Part shown: one piece after another, positions 17,921 to 26,890 of the stretch
Numbering within the stretch: the stretch's first letter is position 1
Layout of the letters: every line of letters begins with the position of its first letter
The notes under the pieces: model-generated
Told to the model about the DNA's origin: nothing
Seen by the model: the letters and a program-made list of their open reading frames with translations, nothing else
Databases searched by the model: none
Source: Myxococcota bacterium
GTDB lineage: Bacteria > Myxococcota_A > UBA9160 > UBA6930
DNA length: 64,000 nt
NCBI GenBank assembly: GCA_965223705.1
Contig: OZ245015.1
Location: 608,001 to 672,000 of the forward strand
Direction: 5' to 3'
Translations under genes and position numbers: made by a program

Positions 17921-19293
17921 GTAAGGCCTCGATCCTCCGCTACCTGTCTCAAGGCCTTCTCGAGAATGACGAAACCGCTCTCGAGCTCTTCGTCGGTCAC
18001 GTTGACCGGGAGAAGCATGCGGATCTTCATCGGGCTCGCGCCGGCGGGGAAGACGATCAGCCCGGCTTCGAACGCGGCGTCGATCACGGCGCGCACGACT
18101 CTCGGATCCCCGTCAAAGGGGACGAAGGCCTGCATGGCGCCGATCCCGGAACGGGCGCCCACGGCGCGTGGCATGCGCTTCTGTAGTGACTCGAATCGAC
18201 GATCGACCCGTCGTTCGAGCACTTGGATGCGCCCGTCGGCTCCGAGGTAGCCCTCGGAATCGAGCCGTTCGATGATGCGCGCACCCATCGCCATGGCAGA
18301 GGACGAGCCGGCGTACGTTCCGGCGATGAGCGCGGGATCCGGGTTGTAGGGCTTGCGGTAGAGGACCGCGCTCCCCTGCAGGAACTTCCCGGCCGTGACC
18401 ACGTCGACGTAGTCGTCGAGTTCAAACGTGCGGAACGCGAAAAGCTCACCCGTCCGCCCGAAGGTCTGCACTTCGTCGATCCAAACGGCGACCTTTGCGC
18501 GGCGGCAACATTCCATCAGTGCCACGAAGAATTCCCGCGGCGCCGTGTTGAAGCCGCCTTCGCCCTGCACCAGCTCGAACAACATGCCCGCGATTTTTCC
18601 CGGGTAGCGAGCGAGATGCGCCTCGAGCGCGTTGACACTGCGCAGTGTCGATGCGGGATCGTCCGGATCGTAGAACGGCACGTGGTGCACGTTGCCGCGA
18701 AGGGGGAGGCCTTTGCGCATCGCGGGCTTGTCCGTGAGCTCGGCCATCGTGCTGGTGCGCCCGGCAAACGCGCGCTCGAACACGACAATGTGGTCAGCCG
18801 GCGCGTGCTTGTGCTGAATGATCTTCAAGGCGTTCTCGTTGGCCATGGCGCCCGACAGGGAGAGCCACACGTGGCGGAGCTTCTTGCCGGCGTGCTTCAG
18901 CAGCGCCTCGGAGAGGCGGAAGTATTCCGGGCCGGGGGCCAAGTGCCCTTGAAACGCGGTGTCCGTCGCCGCGGCGATGGCCGCGGTTTCCAGGAGATCG
19001 TCGTCACTGTGGCCGAAACCGTAGACGCCGATGCCACCGATGAAGTCGAGCTTCGTCGTCCCGTCCGCGAGCCGAACACGGGCGCCGCGTCCGGGGCCCG
19101 CTGTGAGGAGTGGCAGGAACAGCCCCCGCCCCCGCATGCGGCCGAGTTTTTCGACCGCCTTGCGGTAGGCGTCGCCGGGCAGGGCACGCCGAGAGCTCTC
19201 CTCGGCGACCGCGGCGACGAGCGCGCGGGCGGCTTCGCGCACCGCCGGAGCGGACGCGAGATCGACGAGCGGGTTTCCGGATCGCTTGGCCAC
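17914..19293 (-). CDS. Class III PLP-dependent aminotransferase (acetyl/succinyl-ornithine aminotransferase-like)
   Basis: SGAMANENALK, AFAGR, ELVQGEGG, DEVQTFGRTG, VVTAGK (PLP Lys), GTYAG. Confidence 0.9.
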   Translation of the reverse strand: MAKRSGNPLVDLASAPAVREAARALVAAVAEESSRRALPGDAYRKAVEKLGRMRGRGLFLPLLTAGPGRGARVRLADGTTKLDFIGGIGVYGFGHSDDDLLETAAIAAATDTAFQGHLAPGPEYFRLSEALLKHAGKKLRHVWLSLSGAMANENALKIIQHKHAPADHIVVFERAFAGRTSTMAELTDKPAMRKGLPLRGNVHHVPFYDPDDPASTLRSVNALEAHLARYPGKIAGMLFELVQGEGGFNTAPREFFVALMECCRRAKVAVWIDEVQTFGRTGELFAFRTFELDDYVDVVTAGKFLQGSAVLYRKPYNPDPALIAGTYAGSSSAMAMGARIIERLDSEGYLGADGRIQVLERRVDRRFESLQKRMPRAVGARSGIGAMQAFVPFDGDPRVVRAVIDAAFEAGLIVFPAGASPMKIRMLLPVNVTDEELESGFVILEKALRQVAEDRGLTC

Positions 19294-19504
19294 AGTGGTC
19301 AGGGTATCGGCCGTTTGCGGGTGCGGCTTGGGAACCCTTCGCGTCTTGCGGTGTCATACTCGCGGAAGAGTCGAACCGTTGGCGCGGACGGAGAAAGCAC
19401 GCGATGCTTCGCCCGCGAGAGCGCGAGAAAACCACACAATTGTTGCACTTTCGACCCAATCGCTTCGCTTGATCCGAAACCGCGAATAACCGAAAAGAAA
19501 CGAC

Positions 19505-20329
19505 GTGCCGCGCGTAAACGTTCGAGCCCGATCCGACGAACGCCGCCGAACTTCCCAGCGGCGAGACGCCCTCGCTCAGGCGATCCCGTACATCGCCACG
19601 GTCAAGGCGCCCTCGGTGCCCGCGGCCGGCCGCGTTTTGGGGCGTCAGCTTTCGGTGGCGACGTACAACGTCCACCGCTGGTCCGGGCACAACGGCACGC
19701 GCGCGCCCGAACCGGCGCGCGCCGGCTTTGTCATCTCGGAGATGGGCGCGGATATCGTCGCACTCCAAGAAGCGCTGCGACCTTTTGACGGGCGCGATCC
19801 TCTGGCCGATCTCGCCGAGCGATTGCAGTTGCACTTGGCGTTCGTGACGACCCGCGTGCATCGCCGCGGCGAAGTGGGGAACGCGATTCTCTCGCGCTGG
19901 CCCATCACGAGTCTCTTCACGGTCGACTTGACGTACACGCGCGTGGAGCGCCGCTCGGCGATGGCCGTCCAGTTCGCGAGTGAAGCCGGGCCGCTGTCTA
20001 TCGTCGCGACCCATCTCTCACTGGTCGACCGCACTCGCCACCGCCAGGTGCAATCGATTCTCGGGCACCCCCAACTTCAAGGGGCCGTGGTGCTCCTCGG
20101 GGATATGAACGCGTGGCGACGCTGTAAGGCGAGCCGCGCACTCGAGAAGGAGCTCGTCGGAGAAGATCGTCGGTGGCCGCGTACGTTCCCCGCGGCCCGG
20201 CCGGTCCTCGCCCTCGACCGCATCTACGCGCGCGGCGCCGAGATCGAGAAGATCGAGGCCTACGCCACACCCGCTGCGAAGCGGGCGTCGGACCACCTCC
20301 CGGTGACGGCGGAAGTGCGCATCCTCTAA
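19505..20329 (+). CDS. Endonuclease/exonuclease/phosphatase family protein
   Basis: ATYNVH, DIVALQE, GNAILSR, ATHL, LGDMN, LDRIY, ASDHLP. Confidence 0.92.
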   Translation: MPRVNVRARSDERRRTSQRRDALAQAIPYIATVKAPSVPAAGRVLGRQLSVATYNVHRWSGHNGTRAPEPARAGFVISEMGADIVALQEALRPFDGRDPLADLAERLQLHLAFVTTRVHRRGEVGNAILSRWPITSLFTVDLTYTRVERRSAMAVQFASEAGPLSIVATHLSLVDRTRHRQVQSILGHPQLQGAVVLLGDMNAWRRCKASRALEKELVGEDRRWPRTFPAARPVLALDRIYARGAEIEKIEAYATPAAKRASDHLPVTAEVRIL

Positions 20330-20339
20330 CATCCATTCC

Positions 20340-20654
20340 ATGCGCGTTCTCGTTGCCCTCGCGTTCCTCGCCGGGACCACGGCTACCGGCTGCGCGACCT
20401 ATGAGGCCGGGCGCCTCTACAGCGCGGGGAGCTCTGTCATCTCGAGCGATCCGGAGCGGGCGATCGTGCAGCTCGAGCGGGCCGCGCGGTTGGCGCCTCA
20501 GGCCAGCGAGATTCATAACCATCTGGGGTTGGCCTACGCCGAAGCCGGTCGGCCGAAGGACGCCATCGCCGCTTTCGAGCGCGCCGTCGCGATCGACTGC
20601 GACAACGAGGCGGCGCAATACAACCTGGCGCGCGCCCGGGGCGAAGGGCCGTGA
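20340..20654 (+). CDS. Small TPR-repeat lipoprotein
   Basis: Lipobox ATG-C; TPR pattern IHNHLGLAY..G..KDAIAAFERAV..A.YNL. Confidence 0.85.
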   Translation: MRVLVALAFLAGTTATGCATYEAGRLYSAGSSVISSDPERAIVQLERAARLAPQASEIHNHLGLAYAEAGRPKDAIAAFERAVAIDCDNEAAQYNLARARGEGP

Positions 20655-21118
20655 GCCGGGAGGATCGCCCGAAGCCCTCTTTCAGCGAGCGGGACAAGCT
20701 GCTGAAAGAGAAGAAGCAAGGGTATTCGGCGCCCCGTGGGCGCGCGGCCGAGGCCCGCGCAAAGGCCGCGACCGATCAGGCGCTAAAAAGCGCGGATGCG
20801 CTCTTCAGCGGAGCGAAAGGCGGCGCCGACGGTGCCCGGCTCGCCGCGGCCGTCGAAGAGGCGCGGGGAAGCAGCGGATTCGACGCCGCGTGCCGCGCCT
20901 ACCTCGAAGCCGTCGGGCCGCCCGGCGATGTAGCGCTGGCGTCGGCGTTTCTCGATGCGGAGGACACCGCCATTCTCTGCGCGGGCCTCGAATCGCTCCG
21001 CAGCCAGCAGGGGGCCGGTGCGCTGACGATCAATCGCGGGCTGCGCTCGCGCTTGCGGATGCTCGCCGAGCACCGCGACGACGACGTGGCTTACGGAGCA
21101 GAAGACCTCCTGAGCTGA
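20651..21118 (+). CDS. Hypothetical protein
   Basis: GTGA overlap with the upstream gene, typical codon bias, helical composition. Confidence 0.75.
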   Translation: MSREDRPKPSFSERDKLLKEKKQGYSAPRGRAAEARAKAATDQALKSADALFSGAKGGADGARLAAAVEEARGSSGFDAACRAYLEAVGPPGDVALASAFLDAEDTAILCAGLESLRSQQGAGALTINRGLRSRLRMLAEHRDDDVAYGAEDLLS

Positions 21119-21138
21119 CAGCATCCCCTCGGGGATTA

Positions 21139-21196
21139 TTGACAGTCTTGAGCGCTCGCTCGTATCCTTGGAATTGAAAACGCTTTTCAATTCCAA
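21139..21196 (+). promoter_or_regulatory. Sigma70 promoter with an overlapping 13-3-13 palindrome (Fur-box-like)
   Basis: TTGACA (21139)-18-TATCCT (21163); TTGGAATTGAAAA-CGC-TTTTCAATTCCAA (21168-21196). Confidence 0.85.
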
Positions 21197-21217
21197 TTGA
21201 GACATTGAGTGCCGTCA

Positions 21218-21799
21218 ATGCCCAAACTTCTAGAACCTTTCACCCGTCGCGCCGCGTTCCTTGCCGCTTCGATCGGTGTTGCCGTCGCCCTGGCGTCGCC
21301 GGCTGCGACCAAGGTATTCGCGAGTCGAACCGAAGCGATCGAAGAAGCATTCCCCGACGCAACCCGCGTCGAAGAGAAGACCTGGTTGCTGGACGACCAC
21401 GAGCTCGCGGCGATCCAGGAGCTCGCGAAAGCGGGGCTCGATACTCGGCTCGTCACGATCTACACCGGGTACCGCGATGACGAGCTCCTCGGTTACGCAC
21501 TGATCGATATCCACACGGTGCGGACGCTCCCCGAAGCTTTTCTGATCGTGATGAGCCCGACGGGCGAGGTCGAAGGGCTGCGGTTGCTCGCTTTCTACGA
21601 GCCGCAGGAATACGCCCCGCAAGTCAAGTGGCTCGCACAATTCAACGAGCGCCCGCTCGCGCCGGGACTGCGCTTGCACGGCGAGATCGACGGCATTTCC
21701 GGAGCCACGCTGACCGCACGTGCGGTGACCGACGGGGTTCGGCGCGCTTTGGCGACGTACCGCGTTCTTCTGGAACGGCGCGTCGCCGGCACACCCTAA
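21218..21799 (+). CDS. Exported FMN-binding domain protein (ApbE-flavinylation substrate)
   Basis: Signal peptide with RR; FYEPQEY..WLAQF; DGISGATLT flavinylation motif. Confidence 0.88.
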   Translation: MPKLLEPFTRRAAFLAASIGVAVALASPAATKVFASRTEAIEEAFPDATRVEEKTWLLDDHELAAIQELAKAGLDTRLVTIYTGYRDDELLGYALIDIHTVRTLPEAFLIVMSPTGEVEGLRLLAFYEPQEYAPQVKWLAQFNERPLAPGLRLHGEIDGISGATLTARAVTDGVRRALATYRVLLERRVAGTP

Positions 21800-21807
21800 G
21801 GCGAGGC

Positions 21808-22302
21808 GTGCGGTTCGTCATCACGGGCGAATGGAGCCGCAACCGGCTGCTCCAGACGATCGTGGTTCTCTATTCCGTTTACGTCGCTCTTCTCTGGCTG
21901 ACCAACGCGCTGTTGTATTTCGAGAAAATGAACCTCACGCCCCAGTCGGTGGTCGACTACTACCTCGGAAACGAGGAGCAGTTCCTGCCGCCGCGGAGCT
22001 TCCAGGGGCTCCTCGAGATTTCGCACTTCCATCTGTTCGCGATGGGGATGCTGCTCTTGGTCCTCACGCATCTCATGCTCTTTGTCCCGTTGTCGAATCG
22101 CGTCAAGGCCTGGCTCATCGCGCTGCCGTTCTTGTCGGCTCTCCTCGATGAGGGAGCGAGCTGGATGGTCCGCTACGGGGGTGAGGCGTTCGCGATCGTG
22201 AAGATCGCCGGCTTCCTCTCGCTCCAGGCGAGTCTCGCCGTGTTGGTCGGCCTGGCACTTTGGGCCGTCTTCACCGGCAGCCACAGAAACTACTCGAGCT
22301 AG
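21808..22302 (+). CDS. Uncharacterised 4-TM membrane protein with His-bearing helix
   Basis: GAGG RBS before GTG 21808; four hydrophobic segments; EISHFHLFAMGMLLLVLTH. Confidence 0.8.
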   Translation: MRFVITGEWSRNRLLQTIVVLYSVYVALLWLTNALLYFEKMNLTPQSVVDYYLGNEEQFLPPRSFQGLLEISHFHLFAMGMLLLVLTHLMLFVPLSNRVKAWLIALPFLSALLDEGASWMVRYGGEAFAIVKIAGFLSLQASLAVLVGLALWAVFTGSHRNYSS

Positions 22303-22940
22303 TAGCGACGCTCGTCAATCACCAGGGCGGTCGGCAGCTCGTCCGGATTGCGAGCCGGCGCCGGCAGGTGTCGCGCCAAAATGGCGCCGATCTTCTCGAC
22401 TCCGCGAAGGAGGCCCTCGGTCAGGGCGCCGCTCTTCGCCAGGGGTAGGACGGCTGCGACGACACCCTCCCAACTCTCGTCCGGGTCGAGCAACGCATCG
22501 ACTCCACTGTCGCCGAGGACAATGACGCGATGCTCGAGAAGCGAAACGAACAACAGCACACCGCTGCGGCTCGCCGTTCGCGCGAGCCCGTGCTCATGAA
22601 AGCCCGCGGCAGCCCTTTGTCTGGCGCGTCGCTCCATGAGCGCGTCCGAAAGGAAGAGCCTCAAAATCGGATCGAAGCGGCACAGGAGCTGTCCCAGGAG
22701 CAAACAAAAAATCTGGAGCAGCAGGAGAACCAACGCGTCGCCGGGTGGACCGAACGCGACCCACGCGCAGGAGACCCAAAGCGTAAAGAGGAGCGCCGCG
22801 CGCCAGCGCGCGCCGCGGTAGCCGTCGCACGCATCGGTGACGAGGACCACGATCTCGCCCGTGGTTTCCGTTTCTGCGCGAAGCACCGCTTCCTCGATCC
22901 GCAGGCGATCAGCGGGGTCGATCAGCGCACTCGGTTTCAT
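22299..22940 (-). CDS. TPM-domain membrane protein (LemA operon)
   Basis: RIEEAV..AE..TTGEI, GVLLFVSLLEH, NPDELP; TGATG coupling to the upstream gene. Confidence 0.88.
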   Translation of the reverse strand: MKPSALIDPADRLRIEEAVLRAETETTGEIVVLVTDACDGYRGARWRAALLFTLWVSCAWVAFGPPGDALVLLLLQIFCLLLGQLLCRFDPILRLFLSDALMERRARQRAAAGFHEHGLARTASRSGVLLFVSLLEHRVIVLGDSGVDALLDPDESWEGVVAAVLPLAKSGALTEGLLRGVEKIGAILARHLPAPARNPDELPTALVIDERRY

Positions 22941-23827
22941 CACCAACTCCCCGAGGCGCCGCCGCCTCCGAAGCTTCCACCGCCGCCTCCAAAGCCGCCG
23001 CCGAAACCTCCGCCAAAGCCTCCCGTGTAGCCACCGCCGCGGCCGAAGCCTCCGGTTCCAAAGCCGCCGCGGCCCGAGCTGCCCGCGGTGCTCCCGAAGA
23101 ACGCGCCGACGCCGGCGGCGCCGAGCTGCCAGAGAAGGGTGGGAAGGAGCAACCAACCGAGAAGCCCGGCGAAGAGCGCGCCAAGGCCGGCTCCCAGGAG
23201 TTTCTTCTTGCGGCTCACGACCATGCCGACGCTACCGCCGAAGAAACCCGCGAAAAGCAGTCCGGCGAGAGGACTCGCCGGACCTCCGCGGTTGGAGCCG
23301 CGAGGAGGACGGGGGAGTTCTTCGCCGCGCGCGACTCGCATGAGCGCATTCACGCCCGCATCGATCCCGGCCGGGGTGTCACCCCTTCTGAATTCGGGCA
23401 GGACCTGCTCGCGCAAGATCCGCGCCGCGATGGCATCGGGGATCGCTCCCTCGAGGCCGTAGCCGACTTCGATGCGCACTTTGCGCTCGTTCGGGGCGAT
23501 GACGAACAACACGCCGTTGTCGTTTTCCGCGGTACCGAGCTTCCAGGCCGAGGCCACTCGGAAGGCGAAGCCTTCGACGGAGTCGCCACCCAGGCTCGCC
23601 ACCGTGAGGACCGCGAGCTGGTGCGTCGTCTCGCGCTCGAACGCTTCGAGCCGCGCCTCGAGTGCGTCGCGCTGCGTCGCGGAGAGCACGCCGGCGTGAT
23701 CCGAAACGCGCCCAACGAGGCGCGGGATCGGCGCGTCCGCCTGCGCGAGAACCGGTGTCCCGGTGGCCGCGAGGAGCGCCAGGAGAATCGCGGTCAGGAA
23801 GCCAAGGCCGAAAGCCCTTCCGATCAG
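22940..23827 (-). CDS. TPM-domain (YgcG-like) protein with Gly-rich tail; inferred CTG start
   Basis: Signal peptide, then RVSDHAGVL, QLAVLTV, RIEVGYGLEG, ..FGGGGASGSW. Confidence 0.88.
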   Translation of the reverse strand: MIGRAFGLGFLTAILLALLAATGTPVLAQADAPIPRLVGRVSDHAGVLSATQRDALEARLEAFERETTHQLAVLTVASLGGDSVEGFAFRVASAWKLGTAENDNGVLFVIAPNERKVRIEVGYGLEGAIPDAIAARILREQVLPEFRRGDTPAGIDAGVNALMRVARGEELPRPPRGSNRGGPASPLAGLLFAGFFGGSVGMVVSRKKKLLGAGLGALFAGLLGWLLLPTLLWQLGAAGVGAFFGSTAGSSGRGGFGTGGFGRGGGYTGGFGGGFGGGFGGGGGSFGGGGASGSW

Positions 23828-24417
23828 AACTTGACCTCGGGCGGCGTGTCGTCGACGCCCTCGCGCGGCGCGAACGTCGGTTTGGGATCCGCACCGATGA
23901 TCTTCGCGATGATGAGCGTCGGGAACGTACGCACGGTGGTGTTGTACGAGCGAACCGCATCGATGTAGCGACCGCGGGCGACGGTAATGCGGTTCTCCGT
24001 CCCCTCGAGCTGAGCCTGAAGATCGCGAAACGCCTCGCTCGCCGTCAGCGTGGGGTAGGCCTCGGCGACGGCGAACAGTCGAGATAGAGCACCGGACAGC
24101 TCACCCTGCGCGGCGAAGAAGTTCTCGATCGCAGCCGGGTCTTCCAGGAGCTCCGGTGTGATCTGGATCTGGGTGGCTTTCGACCGCGCCTCGACGACCG
24201 CTTCCAGGGTCTCGCGCTCGAACTCCGCGACACCTTTTACGGTGTTGACCAGGTTGGGGATCAGGTCGTCTCGCCGCTGGTACTGGTTGCCGACTTCGGA
24301 CCACGCTGCGCCCACTTGCTCGTCACTTGCCTGGATTTCGTTGTAGCCGCAGCCCTGCAACGAGAAGCTGGCGACCAAAAGGCCAAGCAGGGCGAATCGT
24401 TTCAGCGATCGATGCAC
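23824..24417 (-). CDS. lemA: LemA family protein
   Basis: GCGYN, AWSEV..QYQRR.DLIPNLV, EAYP.L, QLEGTENRI; GGAGG before GTG 24417. Confidence 0.93.
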   Translation of the reverse strand: MHRSLKRFALLGLLVASFSLQGCGYNEIQASDEQVGAAWSEVGNQYQRRDDLIPNLVNTVKGVAEFERETLEAVVEARSKATQIQITPELLEDPAAIENFFAAQGELSGALSRLFAVAEAYPTLTASEAFRDLQAQLEGTENRITVARGRYIDAVRSYNTTVRTFPTLIIAKIIGADPKPTFAPREGVDDTPPEVKF

Positions 24418-24498
24418 AGTAGAGATCCTCCAAAGACGCCCCAGCATACCCGATGGGGTCCGCTCAAGGGGCGCGACCGCGCAACCGTTAGATGGGAG

Positions 24499-24651
24499 GT
24501 GAAGGATTTGACTTGCCCGGTCTGTATGGCTGACGTTCCGCTCGCAGGCGACGAGCGCGCCGGTGATGAGGTGCTTTGCACCTACTGTGGCGCACCATTG
24601 AAGCTTCAAGGCGAACGAACCGACGACTGGGATCTCGAAGAAGACTTCTAG
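24499..24651 (+). CDS. Small zinc-ribbon protein, LysW-like with acidic tail
   Basis: CPVC-x17-CTYC then ..DDWDLEEDF; GGGAGG near the start (GTG 24499 or TTG 24508). Confidence 0.75.
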   Translation: MKDLTCPVCMADVPLAGDERAGDEVLCTYCGAPLKLQGERTDDWDLEEDF

Positions 24652-24657
24652 ACGGGC

Positions 24658-25431
24658 CTACCCGACCGGGGGAACCGACAGCCCGCCGTCGACCGGCACG
24701 ACGTGCCCTGTCGTTAGCCCCGGACCTTCGATCAGCGAGAGAATCGCGGCGGCGACGTCCTCTGGATCGCAGACGCGCCCGAGTGGCGCGCGCGCTTCGT
24801 TCTTTTCCTTGACCTGCTCATAGACCTCTGCACCGAACCCTTCGCGAAGCCAGCGTCCGGTGATGAAGCCCGGCGCGACGGCGTTGACGCGGACCTCTGG
24901 CGCCAACACGCGCGACAATGTGAGGGTCAACATGTTGAGCGCCGCCTTGCTCGTGCAGTAGGGAATCGAGCTGCCGATGCCTTGGGTCCCCGCGATGCTC
25001 GACACCATGACGACCTCGCCGTCGCCCGATCGACGGAGCGCTTCGGCCGCGGCGCGCGTCATCTGAAACGGCCCCTTGAGATTGACGGACAAGATGCGAT
25101 CCCAGTCTTCGCTCGCGAGGCGGTCGAGCTGGTGATGGGGAACGAACGTCGTGGTGCCGGCGTTGTTGACGAGAATGTCGAGGCGTCCGAACCGATCGAG
25201 CGCGCGATCGACGAAGGCTCGGCACGCCGCATCGTCACCGACGTCGGCTCGCTCGGCGAACGCATCGACGCCGAGATCCGTCAGCTCCCGCACCGTCGAC
25301 TGCGCCTCCGCTTCCGAGCGGCTGTAGTTGATCGCGACGTTGGCGCCGCGCCGGGCGAGCGCCAGGGCGGTCGCGCGACCGACGCCGGTACCGCCACCGG
25401 TCACGATGGCCGCTTTCCCCCGAAGGTTCAC
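24658..25431 (-). CDS. Classical SDR family oxidoreductase
   Basis: TGGGTGVG, LVNNAG, S..YCTSK, VNAVAPG, VDGG; GTGA overlap with the rmlC stop. Confidence 0.92.
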   Translation of the reverse strand: MNLRGKAAIVTGGGTGVGRATALALARRGANVAINYSRSEAEAQSTVRELTDLGVDAFAERADVGDDAACRAFVDRALDRFGRLDILVNNAGTTTFVPHHQLDRLASEDWDRILSVNLKGPFQMTRAAAEALRRSGDGEVVMVSSIAGTQGIGSSIPYCTSKAALNMLTLTLSRVLAPEVRVNAVAPGFITGRWLREGFGAEVYEQVKEKNEARAPLGRVCDPEDVAAAILSLIEGPGLTTGHVVPVDGGLSVPPVG

Positions 25432-25988
25432 GGCGATTCCCCGTAGATCGGCAAACGGGTGATGTCGGCCAAGTTCGGTGCTTCGCGGTCCTTGTCGGAG
25501 AGGATCGGCGATTCGATAGGCCAGGCGATTCCGATCGCCGGATCGTTCCAAGCGACGGCGATCTCATCGCCGGCGTTGTAGAGCGCGCTGCACTTGTACT
25601 CGACGTCGGCGCGCTCCGAGAGAACGCAGAACCCGTGGGCAAAGCCCGGAGGCATGTAGAGCTGCGCCCGATTCGTCTCCGAGAGGGTTGCACCGACCCA
25701 GCGCCCGAAGTGCGGAGAACCGCTTCGAATGTCGACCGCTACGTCGAACACCTCGCCTACCGGTACCCGAACGAGCTTCGCCTGGGCGTGGAGAATTTGA
25801 GCATGGAGCCCGCGAAGGACGCCGCGTTCGGACTGGGAGTGGTTGTCCTGCACGAAGTCCGTATCGATACCGACGTCTTCGTACTTTCCGCGGTGATACG
25901 TCTCGAGAAAAAAGCCTCGATCGTCCCGAAAGACGTCGGGCTCGATGAGAAACACGCCGGGAATGTCGAGTTCGCGAAACTTCGGCAC
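25428..25988 (-). CDS. rfbC: dTDP-4-dehydrorhamnose 3,5-epimerase
   Basis: DDRGFFLE, FVQDNHS, LRGLH, DVAVDIR, GFAHGF, YKCS. Confidence 0.95.
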   Translation of the reverse strand: MPKFRELDIPGVFLIEPDVFRDDRGFFLETYHRGKYEDVGIDTDFVQDNHSQSERGVLRGLHAQILHAQAKLVRVPVGEVFDVAVDIRSGSPHFGRWVGATLSETNRAQLYMPPGFAHGFCVLSERADVEYKCSALYNAGDEIAVAWNDPAIGIAWPIESPILSDKDREAPNLADITRLPIYGESP

Positions 25989-26890
25989 TAGACGCGACCT
26001 CCGGGTTTCGGCGAAGCGGGTCCCTCTTCTCGGGAAATGCGGAGGAGCTCTTGCCCGTACAGGCTGTTCTCGAGCCGCCGTCCACGCTCCGCGAGTGCGT
26101 CGCGGCCGATGTAGCCCATGCGGAACGCGATCTCCTCGACGCACGCGACCATCAGACCCTGACGCTCTTGCATCGTCTGGATGAAGTTCGAGGCCTGGAG
26201 GAGGCTCTCTTGGGTTCCGGTGTCGAGCCAAGCGACGCCACGACCGAGTTTCTCGACGCGCAGCTCCCCGAGTTCCAAGTACGCGCGATTCACGTCGGTG
26301 ATCTCGAGTTCGCCGCGGGCGGACGGTTGCAGCTCGCCGGCGATATCCGTGACGCGACGGTCGTAGAAATACAGACCGGTCACGGCATAGTTCGAGCGCG
26401 GCGCGCTCGGTTTTTCCTCGATATCGACTGCCCGTCCGTCTGCATCGAAAGAAACGACGCCGTAGCGTTCGGGGTCTTTCACCCAGTAGCCGAACACCGT
26501 CGCGCCTTTGCTCTGACCCGCAGCGCGCTGGAGTATCTCGGGCATCCCGTGCCCGAAAAACACGTTGTCACCCAAGGCGAGAGCGGCAGAACCTCCGCCG
26601 AGAAACCGCCGTCCGATGAGAAACGCCTGAGCAATCCCTTCGGGACGTTCCTGTGACGCGTATTCGATGTGGATGCCCAGATGCTTTCCGTCGCCGAGCA
26701 AGCGCTCGAAAGCGGGGAGGTCGACGGGCGTCGAGATCAGCAGGATGTCGCGAATGCCCGCGAGCATCAGGGTGGAGAGCGGGTAATAGATGAGGGGCTT
26801 GTCGTAGATCGGCAGGAGCTGCTTGCACACGCCGTGGGTGATCGGCGCGAGCCGCGACCCCGAACCGCCTGCGAGAAGGATCCCCTTCAT
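25988..26890 (-). CDS. rfbA: Glucose-1-phosphate thymidylyltransferase
   Basis: [43 protein letters not shown]. Confidence 0.96.
   Translation of the reverse strand: MKGILLAGGSGSRLAPITHGVCKQLLPIYDKPLIYYPLSTLMLAGIRDILLISTPVDLPAFERLLGDGKHLGIHIEYASQERPEGIAQAFLIGRRFLGGGSAALALGDNVFFGHGMPEILQRAAGQSKGATVFGYWVKDPERYGVVSFDADGRAVDIEEKPSAPRSNYAVTGLYFYDRRVTDIAGELQPSARGELEITDVNRAYLELGELRVEKLGRGVAWLDTGTQESLLQASNFIQTMQERQGLMVACVEEIAFRMGYIGRDALAERGRRLENSLYGQELLRISREEGPASPKPGGRV

Noticed and set aside
22945..23075. GCC/CCG-rich repetitive tract
   Set aside because: It encodes the normal Gly-rich tail of TPM proteins.
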